A DNA stretch of 64,000 bases from Fimicolochytrium jonesii (Eukaryota): contig NW_026515679.1 of the NCBI RefSeq assembly GCF_025526975.1, positions 186,001-250,000 of the forward strand, read 5' to 3'. Position numbers and translations under genes: made by a program. The notes under the pieces were generated by a model, which was not told the DNA's origin, did not search any database, and worked only from the letters and a program-made list of their open reading frames with translations. Shown piece by piece: positions 1 to 12,400 of this stretch (position 1 is the first letter of the stretch; each line of letters begins with the position of its first letter).

Positions 1-2412
1 AAAGTGGAATCCGGGTTCACCGGTTCTTCAAAGATCATTTCAGGCGGTAAATGGGCATTGCCTACCGGAATCTTTGCGAAGAACGTGCTGCCTTTCCCCA
101 CCGTGCTCTCCACCCATAATGCGCCACCATGGAGTTTAATGAGCTCCTGAGTCAATGCCAGCCCAATCCCCGTGCCTTCATGAGATCTGCCTCCTCTCCC
201 TTCAACACGGTGGAATCGCTCGAAGACTCGGTCGAGGTGCTCCCCTGGAATACCGACTCCGGTGTCGGTAACGGAGAAGATAACCGCCGAGCGATCGTTA
301 TTATTTTCCACCCGAACCGTTATAGAACCCGCCGTGGTGAATTTGAAGGCGTTTCCGATGAGATTGAACACGATTTTCTCCCACATGTCATGATCGACGT
401 AAACTTTCTTGGATTTTTCGTTGCACTGCACATCGAATCGCACACCGCCTTTTGTAATCGCACTTCGGAAGTTGCTAGCGAGATCCCGCGTGAAGGCGGC
501 GATATCAGTTCTTTTGAAAGAGGCTTGCATCCTCCCAGCTTCGAGGCGACTGAAGTCCAATATGCTGTTCACCAGCTTTAGTAAGCGCTTGGCGTTGCGG
601 CTGACCAGTGTCAAATGTTCCATTTGAAATTTCGAAGGAGGTTCCTTCTTCGAAGAACGCAAGTCCTCCAGGGGACCCAACATCAGTGTCAGGGGTGTCC
701 GCAGTTCATGCGAAACAGAGCTGTAAGTGAAAGGAGATAAGTGGTCAAGCGGAACAAGTTGGTGAACAGGAACTTCAACTAACTTGAAAAACGCGGTTTT
801 TGCTCTATCTATCGCCGCCAGTGCATCTGCTCTGCGAACCTCCTCTTCAAAGGCTATTATGCTGGACATAGATCCAGCGAACTGGCGGTGTAGCAAGGTG
901 ATGAATGTTCTAAGGAGATGATTTAGCGAACTGTCGCCCGGTTCTCCGTTGTACACTCCCCCCGCTACTTACGCATAGTCGTCGTTGTATGCCAATCTGC
1001 TGCTCAGCCCTAGAACCAGCACTCCTTGGATGTCTTCCGCCTCACTCCCCGCAATGGGACATACGACCACAACGTTCGACGGATCGCCAAAGCATCTCCC
1101 AGGAATGCCAGCAACATAAGTTTGATTCCGCATTACAACCACGCTGCGTTTCGTACAAGCTTCATGGAAGGGCCATACTTGGGGCAGCTCAAAATTCTGC
1201 GCAAGATCCAGGACGACGTGGTCTACAGCCGCGGGATGCCCGCGATGAATTCCGACCGTGGCAGCAAGTTGTAATAAAAACGGCTGACCACTATCCAGGG
1301 AGATTTGACTGATTCCGCTCGTCTCGGATGTACCAGTGTACAAGAGAGCAAATGAAACCTCTTTATCGCAGGACGTGAGGATGCTCGTCGTCGTCGATAG
1401 GAGTTCCGATACTGTCTTCGCTTGTCCCGCGTTGACGCTGAAATCTCTAAGAGCTCTCATTCGGCGCTCCGAGATTGCTTGACGCGTTGTCTCGATAGCA
1501 GGGTTTAGAAGGCCTCCAATGGATCCGTCTTCTTGCCGAATTGGCACGTACGCCCAGTTGAAGTATGTTTCCTCAGTGAACCCGTTTCGCGACATGAAGA
1601 AGAGATCGTCCTCCACGTGTTTTCCCTTTCCGGCCATTGCTTGCTCTGCCGCCACTTTGATTTTATCCCATATCTAGGAGAGCCATCAGTTTCGAAAATG
1701 GTGGGGGATGCGACCTATTCAGGGAATTCGCAGCACTACTCACATCGCTCCACCCCACGGCACCCGGCTTCCCAAACAGCCACGGATGTTTCGCAGCCGC
1801 AATCGGGATATAGGCATCGTTATAGAGGAGGACAAATTCCGGGCCCCACCAGATAGACATTGGCAAGGGAGACGCTAATACAAGCGAGACAGCAGTCCTC
1901 AAAGATTGTGGCCACAAGGCGATCGGACCCAGCGGGCTATTTGTCCAGTCAAGCTCTCGTAGAAGGTCGCCCATGATTCCACCTCCGGCCACAAGGCGCT
2001 CCACTGGGGCGCCATCATTATCTGGCCGCGCCGGAATCAAATTCACCGGTTTGCCGGTGAGCGCAAGAAAGTGCGGCTTCATCCAAACGGCGTCCCATTC
2101 AATCTGTACTGACCTTTGGGATGATTTGATCTTTGCATACGCTGTGAAGGGATGTGGCGAGGATCCATTTGCTCGGACGAAGTCTATCCAGTCCTCAAAT
2201 TGGATCGGATCATCTACTAATAAAAGGTCGGCAAGTGGCGAGTTTTCGAGGGATAGATATTCTGCGGTTGAGTGGATGATACCGTGGAGAGCAGGATTGA
2301 CGTAAGCGATAGCATGCGTCTCTCCAACCGTCAACAGGAGTGCCGGCTGGGCTAGCAAATCGAAGTACTCCAGGAGCCCCACGTTCCTCAACGGCCTGCT
2401 TTTGGCGAACAT
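1..2412 (-). CDS. Hybrid sensor histidine kinase (PAS-like/GAF-HisKA-HATPase), 5' part; runs off the left edge. Resembles fungal dual-HK (Tco2-like) kinases
   Basis: Exons 2412-1744, 1673-973, 909-784, 720-1 with GT..AG introns. Spliced translation has GGGIMGDLLRELDWTNSPLGPIALWPQSLRTAVS (sensor lead-in), H-box AKTAFFNSVSHELRTPLTLMLGPLED and G2 region GTGIGLALTQELIKLHGG..GKGSTF. Confidence 0.9.
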
Positions 2413-2957
2413 AGCGTCCGATCCACCGTCGGCGTTAGATGCTCTTCCTTGTTGCGTGAACTGCTATACCGACAAAGCCGCCGCCGGGACAACTAAGTGG
2501 GGGAAGGGCGGTCCGTCGTGACGAACTCAATGCCGCCGGAGGTAGGGTGGACAAATTTAATGGGGCGGTTCGCAGGAATCCGACAACCGACGCACATGAA
2601 TGAGCAGGTGCGCTTTTGACTCCTGGGTTGGCATCCCGTTCGATGTTCGTTCGCTCGTGTCGTTCGGCCAAGAGAGACGGAGCGGAGGACCCTCTCGGAC
2701 TTGTTCTCGACTTTCGACGGGAGACGTTCGTTGCGATCGGAGACACGTGACCCGCACATATAAATGGGACTTGTTCAGAAACAGACAAAACCGTTTCCTG
2801 TACACATACATCTGCATTTTACAGTACTACGGGAATTGCTAACGACGCTACCCCAATTTGCTAATCGCGCTACACTACGTAGTATAATAAGACTTTTTGG
2901 GTAACTAACCTACCATAACGACAGGACGGCCTTCGGCCGGTATAGGGCTGGGTGTTG

Positions 2958-2980
2958 CTAACCCTAACCCTAAACCTAGG
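2958..2980. repeat. Short interstitial telomere-like tract (CTAACC)n
   Basis: ctaaccctaaccctaaacctagg in the AT-richer region between the divergent kinase and transporter genes. Confidence 0.55.
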
Positions 2981-4276
2981 CCTGTAACTGGGGCTGCAAG
3001 TTATAGTTTCCATCCACTTAAAAATTAGAGTATGTGTGCTTAAAAGGTAGCGTGGATAGCAAACACGGCCTTTTTGTTATAACCTTTTGGGGTGACTTAA
3101 CGTAGTTCAGCGGCCACAGGGCATGGGAGACCGGCGTGGGAGATGCATCCGATCTCCCATTGTCACTTGCGGCTCTGTCCTGTACTGTACAACCATTGCT
3201 TCGACGCCGTCCGACAAAAAAAAGGACAATCCGTCTGCATATCAAAGTTGCATAGATACCAAAATGAGTTTCAACGGCAGGGACGACTGATATTTTCCTG
3301 AGCGCAGCGTTGCCAAATGATAATAAAAGGGAGCAATTTGTGAAAAATTCCAACAATTATTACTATGATATCTATCTCACTCAGGGACGTAAATATAAAC
3401 CCACATTGGCCACCAAAGCAGCCACCAACGGGGGCGGTTTTCAACAGACTTTTCCGCAGAACCGTCTCTCATCCATGCCACTCCAGATCCACTCCATGAT
3501 GTGCGCATCGATTCCTCTCCACTCCCATCTCCATTTCCCGCCACGAGCGAGACTCGTCCCGTTTTCGCGGCCTCTCACGAGCAAGACTCAGCGAAGAGAT
3601 GAGGCTCAAGGTCAGAGTCGGGAATTGCTCTTACAAATTTTTCCGGTCATCTGGCCGTTCTCCTGGCCTCGTGATGCCTCAAATGTCGCACATCGGCAGG
3701 TCAGCAGGGCGCTATTTTTGGAATTGCTTATGTAACGGCGAACCAGTCGTTCGGGATCCTGGCTTTGCCGCACCTCGGCACTCGGTAATATATGTTGTTC
3801 CTACACAGGCCGGCGGTGCAAACATGTTCACGTCACCCCCCAAATGCACGGCCGAGGCATCGGTAACATAATTCGAATATAGGCGACGCCCACCCAACGC
3901 GCTCGGGGCGCGCCCCTGGAGCTTTAAACCATCACATGAGTTGTTGCCGCAGGAGTGATGGATATGCGGGCGGCAGGGCTACCCCCTGGGCCCATTTGTG
4001 CTCGGCAACAACAACCGGAGCGCAACACACAGGGACCGGAAAAAAGAACACCTCATCCAATGGTTAGGCGCCTACTCTTTCCCTTTCAAAGCGAAGTCCT
4101 CCGTTGTATGGGTGTCTCGAAATTGCACGGACCACACACGAAACTGACAGACGTAATACCAAAATTTCAGCGGCCAAGCTTCTCTTTCTCTCACTCGCGC
4201 TAATGCCGCTGAGGCGAGGGGCCCGCGTTGCTCGCCATGGAAAAAGCCAGGCCGTCGCCCCGCCCGGTCCCAACCT

Positions 4277-4283
4277 TATAAAA
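4277..4283 (+). promoter_or_regulatory. Putative TATA box of the sugar transporter
   Basis: TATAAAA about 110 nt upstream of the ATG at 4388, followed by a C/A-rich leader. Confidence 0.5.
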
Positions 4284-4387
4284 GGCAGCGGGTGGCACTC
4301 GCCTTCCCTGTCTCATCCAGCCTCTGCAAACTGCAACAGCATCCTCCTACACTCAACTAAATCTTTACGGCAAACGACCCTTCCGCC

Positions 4388-5872
4388 ATGGGTAACGTTT
4401 ACAACTTCCTCATGGCCTTCTCGGCGGCCATGGGTGGTCTTCTTTTCGGTTACGAAATCGGTGTGATCGGGCAGGTCCTGGCCATGGACTCGACTTTCGG
4501 TGTCTACTACGGCCTCACAAGCCTCGTCGACGGCAAGTACGTTGCCACCGACGCGAACACATCCAGGACTGGTGATATCACATCTCTGTTCTTGGTCGGT
4601 TGTTTGGTCGGTGCCCTCGCGGTCTCCTGGATGGCCGATGTCATCGGACGCAAGAAGTCTATCCTCGTCGGTGGTGTTCTGTTCACCGCTGGCGCCGTTC
4701 TCCAAACCTTTTCCAACGGCTTCGGCATGTTGATCGCTGGTCGTATCATCGGTGGTGCCGGTATCGGTATCCTCTCTATGGTCGCCCCTCTTTACATCGC
4801 CGAGACCGCCCCCGCCCACCTCCGTGGTCGGATGGTTACCGTTCAGCAGCTCATGATCACCATCGGTATCTTCGTCGCCTCCTGCATCAACGCCATCATC
4901 ATCAAGACCGTCGACGGCGACACCAAGTGGCGTCTTGCCCTCGGTATGCAGATGGTTCCCGGTGTTGTCCTCTTCTTCCTCACCTTCATCATGCCCGAGT
5001 CTCCCCGTTGGTTGGCCAACCGTGACCAAGACGCTGAGGCCCTCCGCACTCTTGCCAAGCTCCGCTCCGTTTCCCAAGACGACCCCGCTGTCATTGCCGA
5101 GCACCGTGAAATCAAGGAGTCCATCGAGATGGAACGTCAAATCGGTACTGCCAACTGGTCTGAGCTCCTCAAGCCCGGAATCCTCAACCGTACCGTCTAC
5201 GGTTTCCTCAACCAGATGTTCCAGCAATGGACCGGTATCAACTACAACATGTACTATGCTCCCAAGCTCATTGAGCGTATGGGTTTCAACAAGGACGATG
5301 CCGACATTCCCTTCACCATCGCCAACAACTTCATCAACTTGATCGGTACCTTCCCCGGTATGTACCTGATCGAGCGCTCCGGTCGCAGAAAGCTTTTCCT
5401 GTGGGGTGCCCTCGGTATGGGTATTTCCCAGCTCCTCACCTGCCTGTTCGCCAACCTGTCAACAAACCACGGCAAGGGTTTCTCCTGGGCTGCCATCTTC
5501 GCCGTCTACGGTTTCGTCCTGAACTTCGCCGCCACCTGGGGACCCGTCGTCTGGGTCTACCAGTCCGAAATCTTCCCCCTCCGTGTCCGCTCCAAGGGTA
5601 CTGGTTTCGCCACCATGTCCAACTGGGGTAACAACGCCATCATCGGAAAGGTCGGACCCATCATGACTGCCAACATCGAGTTCTACACGTACCTCGTGTT
5701 TGGTATCATTGCCCTCACGGCCGGTGTCTACGTCTACTTCTTCATCCCCGAGACCATGGGCAAGTCCCTCGAGGACATGGACGTCGTCTTCGGTGCCACC
5801 CCAACCACCCACCACGCTGCCCAGAAGGAGCTCGAGGAGGCTGAAGTTGAGGCCACCAAGGCCAAGGCGTAA
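4388..5872 (+). CDS. MFS sugar porter (hexose/sugar transporter), intronless
   Basis: 494 aa with about 12 hydrophobic segments and motifs GGLLFGYEIG, ADVIGRK, YIAETAP..LRG, PESPRWL, FQQWTGIN, SEIFPLRVR, PETMGKSLE. Strong C/T third-position bias suggests high expression. Confidence 0.97.
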   Translation: MGNVYNFLMAFSAAMGGLLFGYEIGVIGQVLAMDSTFGVYYGLTSLVDGKYVATDANTSRTGDITSLFLVGCLVGALAVSWMADVIGRKKSILVGGVLFTAGAVLQTFSNGFGMLIAGRIIGGAGIGILSMVAPLYIAETAPAHLRGRMVTVQQLMITIGIFVASCINAIIIKTVDGDTKWRLALGMQMVPGVVLFFLTFIMPESPRWLANRDQDAEALRTLAKLRSVSQDDPAVIAEHREIKESIEMERQIGTANWSELLKPGILNRTVYGFLNQMFQQWTGINYNMYYAPKLIERMGFNKDDADIPFTIANNFINLIGTFPGMYLIERSGRRKLFLWGALGMGISQLLTCLFANLSTNHGKGFSWAAIFAVYGFVLNFAATWGPVVWVYQSEIFPLRVRSKGTGFATMSNWGNNAIIGKVGPIMTANIEFYTYLVFGIIALTAGVYVYFFIPETMGKSLEDMDVVFGATPTTHHAAQKELEEAEVEATKAKA

Positions 5873-7905
5873 GCGATTCGCTACCTCATCATTTACATTC
5901 GCTCTCCCCACATAGAAAGCCATTGTGCTGCAGTTGCGTACCCCCTTGTACAGTTGTTAGTGTTGTTACCCTCTAGTTTCCTCTTCTCCAAATAAGAAGT
6001 TTTGATCGTCTCGCTGTGCGAACGAACCTGGAAATATCCGTGCCTCTGTCCTCGCTTGATCTTTATGCCTCTACCGTGTCTGTCCTTCGCTTGATTCGTG
6101 TTGTTCGCTGGTCCGCTGCGTCTCTTCGTCTCTTGGTCTTCTTGCTGTTCTGCTCAACGCTGGCGTGCGTGCTCTTTGTGTGCGCCTTTGCATCGTCTTG
6201 CTCATATCGCCGAAGTTCATGGGATTTCTCGAGAGCTGTCTCGGTATCTTCTTGCCGTGGCCGAGTCCAGGTCCATTCCTGGCGGCGAGTTTGGTTTTCT
6301 ATTTTCTAAAGCCGGTAGGGACAGGTCGACGATGACCCGTTGGCGAAGTTCCGCTGGCGTGCTGGGGTATCCCTGCCGTTCAGACTGATGAAGAGAAGAA
6401 GGAAGGTGAGCCTTCTATGATGCGACGACGGGGCTCGTTGAACCAAAAAATGCCAAAGTCGCGCTCAGTAAGCTGTCCAACGAACGCGTCGCGATTGCAA
6501 GCAGGTAAGAGACGTGCACAGTCGCGAGGCGGTTGCAAGATAGAAGTTGAGGAGTTGCGATGGCGGAGGCGGATGCAGCGGATGCAGCAGATGCCTTCAG
6601 CGTTAACGGATTTTTCGAGGCTACGTGCATACATGCGCTCTGCTTTTATGCGGGCAGGGAAATCGAGGGGTCGATGGCATGCCCCGTCGGCCTGACAGGC
6701 AGTTTCCCAGAATCCCTTGTTTTCGGGAGGAAACGGGTGCCGACGTGTGCCTGACAAGGCGTGACGGGGCACAGGCCTTTGTGACGAGCTGGCTGATGCG
6801 GCTGAGGGATTTCCTGCTTGAGTTTGATGTCCCTTTGCCAGCGAAATTTCCAAGGGGCCACGGGACATGTGGATGGATGATGTGGAAGCCTCCCTCTCAC
6901 CGCGGAAATGGACCTCAAGTGGGTAAAGTCCGGGACAAGCCGGCTCGAAATTGCTGGTGCGACGAGAGTGTTGGATGGACTTGGCGCTCTCCATTAATTG
7001 CTACAGTGAGGGGTCGCCCGCGGCCAAGGGTCACAAGGGGATCCAATTTTGACAGTGTCTCGCCTGGAAGGGTCATGTGGCACGGCAAAATGGCCCATGT
7101 GGGAAGGGTTACACCAATCGCGTGAAGTCATCATCAAACTTCTCGCTTATGCAATCGACTGTTTTTTCCGAAAAATCAGTCAAGTCCGGAGTCCGTTTTT
7201 CGTACGATAAGAGCGGACTTCCTATCATGCATGGCCAATGCTATTGAGATTGAGATTGATGAGCTCCTGAGGAAAGAACCTCCCGCAGGTGGAAGCGCAT
7301 CTTCAATTTCCGCGGCACGGTTGGCAGGTTAGCCACAGTATATATGATATATATACAGTATCTGTCAGCGGGACACCCCGCGGAACCTGGCGGATGCTGG
7401 CAGAGTATAGATCAAGACTACAGTAGACTGAGGGAAATCCGGTGGCGAGAATCCGACGACGAGAATGGGATTTTGGACCTCAGCCAACCGTCGTTAATGA
7501 GGATCATGTTCGCAAACACATTTAAGATCGTCGACGCCTTCGGAGTCCGACATTTAACCTAGTACGCCATCGTTTACTTTCACGAGCCCCCTCGCCTATC
7601 GTCTAGTCTACATAGTATCTAGCCAAGCTCCAGAAATTGCCTACGCCCTTCCGGAACATTGCGAGGCGCACGCACTGGCCTCCGCCCAACAATATCCGAT
7701 CCGCATCCATCCCTCAGGAACCAGCCTCTCACTCGTCTCCCGATGCAGCATGAAATGTAAGAAGGGAGCAGTGTTCGTCTGCGTACGGCGCTGATATGAC
7801 TGGGCCCACCCGTGTGACCTGATATAGTCCGTTGCTTTATGCGTAATTGCGTTCGCAGACGTCGCCTCCGAAAATTGACTTCGGCTTGCGTCCGGCTCAA
7901 CGCCC

Positions 7906-8309
7906 TCACTGCTCTGCTCGAATGAGTTGATCGTCATATCCCAATTTCCTCAAATCTTTCCAAGTCTCGGCCTCGTCAGAGAGTGTTTGCAAGTGATACA
8001 TGTCCATAAAACCCTCTAACGTCAATTTTCCATCGTCAGTGCACTCGAAGTATGTCGTTAACTCGGAGTGGGTATCTTCGGAAAACTGCCGAAAAAATGT
8101 CAATTGATAGGCCGGCTATACAATGATAGAATTACAACAGCCCAGGCTTATACCTTCTCTCCGTTTGTCGCTACCGCAAAGTCATCAACCTCCGCCGGTG
8201 ACAAAGCTCCGTCTTTATCCACGTCGAAACGAGCAAAGATCTCCCGGAGAGCCCTTTCGGCGGCGGGGGTCCAGGTGTCAGAGATTGTGAGTAAACCGGT
8301 TTCTGTCAT
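7906..8309 (-). CDS. Small EF-hand calcium-binding protein (about 111 aa)
   Basis: Exons 8309-8154 and 8085-7906. Canonical loop FDVDKDGALSPAE and a degenerate second loop FECTDDGKLTLEGF. Confidence 0.85.
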
Positions 8310-8539
8310 CGCGCTGCTCAAGCTGGAAGTGCTACTTCTCACAATCGGTGGAGCGAAAACCGAAGCGGGGAACCGGGTGAACTTTCAAATTTAACTAACT
8401 CCACGTGCACGAAGTACAAGTTTATATTCTGTGGCATAGGTCAACAGCATGACGTTTCCCTGTTCCAAACTTCGACATCATCCCCTGCATCTCCACTTCC
8501 TCAATCACAGCTCTCGTAACAGATCAACGCTTTCTAAAC

Positions 8540-9135
8540 ATGTCGGCTATCACTCTCACTCGTACCATCGGTCTTGCCGCGCGCCATCGCGTTGGTCTGT
8601 CCGCCATCCCCGCTGCCCGCCGCATCTCGACTGCTTCCCTCGGAAACTCCATCTACCAAACGACGTCCTCGGCAAGTGGCAAGGGCCGCCAAGGCAAGGT
8701 GCAAAACCACGATTCGGGGTTTAGCTCGCAACTCGCTCTGCCCAAATCGATGGGTGGACCTGGTAACACCAAAGAGAGTGTGAACCCAGAGGTGAGAGAG
8801 AGGGAGTTGATAATTGTGTCTTTGGATTTCCGGATTAAGTTGGGTCAATCTTATTGCAGATCTTGTTTGCTTCGGGATATGCTTCTTGTTTCCTCGGCGC
8901 CGTCCATGCCGTCGCTGGTGCCAAGAAGATTAAGCTGCCTCAAGACACATCCGTCGATGTGACCGTGGATCTTTTGAAGGGGGACAATTTCGATCTGAAG
9001 GTCAAGATTGTATTGAAAACTCCTGGCTTGGACAAAAAGGCCGCGCAAGAAGTTGTGGATGCCGCCCATCAGACTTGCCCGTACAGCCGGGCAACAAGGA
9101 ATAACTGCCCCCAAGAGGTCTCTGTGGTTGTTTAG
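8540..9135 (+). CDS. ohr: Organic hydroperoxide resistance protein (Ohr/OsmC family) with probable mitochondrial presequence
   Basis: Exons 8540-8791 and 8860-9135. Motifs GRQG, LPKSMGG, NPEILFASGYASCF, AHQTCPYSRATR give both catalytic Cys plus Arg and Glu. N-terminus is Arg/Ser/Ala-rich and lacks acidic residues. Confidence 0.93.
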
Positions 9136-9463
9136 ATAGCGTTCCGTAGCGGAATCAGAAAGGGTCTTCGAGCATCAGCATAGTATCACATCTTGGTGTA
9201 CGTAGCATGAAATGGAATATGCGTAACACATTGTATTTGTACGCTCGGTCTCGAATCTCCAGGCAGTTGAGTGGGGAAAAGGTCAAGAACCGCTCTGGCA
9301 ATGAGGTACAAGAACGCAAGTCAAGACTTGTGGCTGTGCAACAAATATGCATTAGAGAGCGTCCGAGATCTACTTCGAATGGCGATAAACCTTCATATTC
9401 CTCAGAAGGCAGTACCCCCATTTTGCCAGCTTCCTCCTCCGAGAACTTGACATAAATCAAAAG

Positions 9464-12400
9464 ATGTTTGCGAGCGGATTGAGGGTCCCACGTAGTAGGC
9501 TGAGGTGGCTAGCTAGGCACCAGCAGCAGATCCCGTGTGTAGCATTCTTTCGAAGCAATCCGTCACAGCAACCCGACGAAGAGGCTGACAAAGATCTGCC
9601 CACCCCCACAGAGCTCGCGAAAGGTGAAGATGCCCAAAGAGGGGCCGACACCGCCGAGCCGAAGAAGAGTTCATTTTCCGAGGCGGCTGCGAAGAAAGTT
9701 AATCACAAAGGAAACGCCAAGGAGCCCCCGACTGCTGATGAGCTTGCTGCAGCTCGTTTGGCTGAAAAGGAGGCGACGGCGCGAGCCAGCTTGGCTGCCC
9801 AGTTTGCGGCCCTCCCACAGGCTTTAGTTAAGCAGACCGCATCCGTTCGACGAGGGAAACAGCAACAAGTGCAAAAACCGGCGACGTTGGCAGAACTCGT
9901 ATCGGATCGACCCAGTCCGATATTGGGCTCAGTTGCTGAACGCATCGAGGTGAAGATACCCAAAGAGGGACCGATACCGCCGAGCCGAATAAGGGTATAC
10001 CCGGGGCTGCATTCGAAGGAATTCGAATACCCGATTCATCCCAGCACAGCGAGGCACCTAAGGGACAGCATAAATCTTTCCCTGGCGCCCAAACGGAACA
10101 ACCCTGCCGAAAACCTGCCGGCGTACCGAGATGGGCTTTTGGTAGTCAATTGTCCAATGAAGGGGTCGGACATCTATATCGAGCGGTTGGTGCGGGCGGT
10201 GGCTTCTGAAAATGAATGTGCAGTTCTTTCTATTCGGAATGACGACTTGTTTGACCGTTTCACCGGTAACGAGGTCGTTCGGGCCCCTCCCTTACGACCT
10301 GCGCGGCAGAATGGGTCCCAGAGCTTTGGCAGGGGTGCAGGGAGGAAACGGTGGCCAGGAAACGCCATGATTCTTCCGATACAGAATCTAGGGGGAATCC
10401 AGGTGCAAACAGTGCGAGATGAGGAGAATGATACTATCGAGGATGAGCCAGTTCTGCCATACCCTTGGTTCAAAGCGTACCAGGGGGCGCACGGTCAGGA
10501 GATACGGTTGGCTCGTGGGCGACAAGCGGTGACAGAATTGAATAATGAAGCACAAAAGTTGGTGGAAGGAGCCTTTCAGAGTTTCTTCAAGGAGCTGCGG
10601 GGAAGCTTGACCAAAGATTCGCCACCGACTATCATATTTTACAAGGATCTGCTAAGCCTTCTGGAAGCCGGAAGCGAGGAAGACGACGTTTTCAGAGCTG
10701 CTGATATAGTCAGTCTGCTCTGTAAGGAGGTCGACAGCTTGAGGACCGATGGCTTCAACATTCTCTTGGTGGCGCCATACACACCATACACGTCAATGTC
10801 TCATCGGTCGAGATCTGGCGTCGAGCAGCGTGGAGGTGGAATCAAGGGCATTCTACGCGCCTTAAGTCAACAAGAAGATGATGATTTTGCCGAAGACGAT
10901 GGTGAGGGAGGTGACGGTGGCGGTAGCGGTGGCGAATCGTCGGGCGGAGGGGGACATCCAGCCGGCATGTTTGGCCGACGGAATTCTTCTCCAAAAGGAC
11001 CCTCCTACGATACCCCTTTGTCGAGGTATCTCGGAATTCAGACTGTCAATGTCTATGCACCCGCGGGGGTCGAGTTCGGCCGCCTACAGAAACTGTTGGA
11101 GCGGGATTCACGAACGATAAAATACAATGAAAACTTCTTGGAGCTATGGCGGGTTGCCCACAACGCCCGTGTGCAACTACCGGCCGACCCTGCAAACCCC
11201 ACCGCACCGGAAGCAAACGAGGCAAACCAAACGCCCCGGACCCTGGCAACAACCCCCGGCCCAAACGACGCACTTCATGCGCTCACTACACGCTTCCTGA
11301 ACCCCTTAGAAATAGAAGGAATCATTTTCCACAGCATCGCTGCCTTCAGACAACGTCAAACCCCGCAAAAGCGGCAGAAAAGTTCAGCAACTTCCACAAT
11401 TGTCCTCACAGCTTCCGACCTCCGAAGCGCCTGCCATCTTTTCGAGATGGAGCAGTTGGCGTTACGAGAAGCCGCCCATGGGTCTGCGTTGGCAGGCGTG
11501 TTCAGGCATCCTCGTATGGGAGACTCGAAGAAGACGACCCGACTCACGAATCGGGAACAGAAATTGTTGAAACAGTGTTTGGTGAAGCCGAACCCCGCGT
11601 CTGCGTCGTTCAAGAAGATCGGTGGGCTCGGGAGGACGAAGCGCACGATCCATGAGTTGATCAGCTTTCCGTTGATGAGGCCGGAGCTTTTTTCCAGTGG
11701 TATTCTGAGGTTAGTGACGCGTTTGCTTCGCATGGAAAGTGCTGTGTTGCGACGTGGTCTCATCTTATGCTCTATCATAGTCAATCAACGACTGGCATTC
11801 TTCTGTTTGGTCCCCCCGGCACAGGAAAGACACTGCTCGCCCGAGCAGTAGCCGCGGAGTCTGGAGCCAACTTCCTTAATGTCCAGATGTCGGATATCCA
11901 GTCAATGTGGGTCGGCGAGAACGAAAAGGTAAGCCGTTCTTCCTACATGGTGATGTCATCTGAACAACTCCACTGAATCGTTCTGCTCTTCAGAATGTGA
12001 AGTCTCTTTTCACATTAGCGCGGAAGTTGAGACCCTGTGTTATCTTTATTGATGAAATTGATGCCCTGCTCCGCGCTCGGCAACGGAACATGGCGCATCA
12101 CACGAATACGGTATGTCGCATGTGCTCTCAACCTTCTCTTGGCGGTTTGCGCTGACTTTCGCGTTTGTTCGGACATAGATCAACGAGTTCATGCAAGAAT
12201 GGGACGGCCTGAATTCAAACAACGATGGCCCTGACGCAGACGGAACCGGCAATACGGGTGGCATTATTGTTGTCGGAGCGACCAATCGTCCGTTCGACCT
12301 CGACGAGGCGGTGCTTCGGAGATTGCCTCGGAGAATCCTTGTGAGCTTACCTGATCGGGATGCGAGAGCCGACATTGTCAGGTTATGCTTGAAGGATGAT

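Noticed and set aside
4313..5923. Long antisense ORFs (304 aa, 154 aa) opposite the sugar transporter
   Set aside because: Expected shadow of the strong codon bias of the sense gene; no motif of their own.
7181..7220. Imperfect inverted repeat AGTCCG..TCGTACGA..CGGACT
   Set aside because: Short and mismatched, with no second copy seen; compatible with chance.
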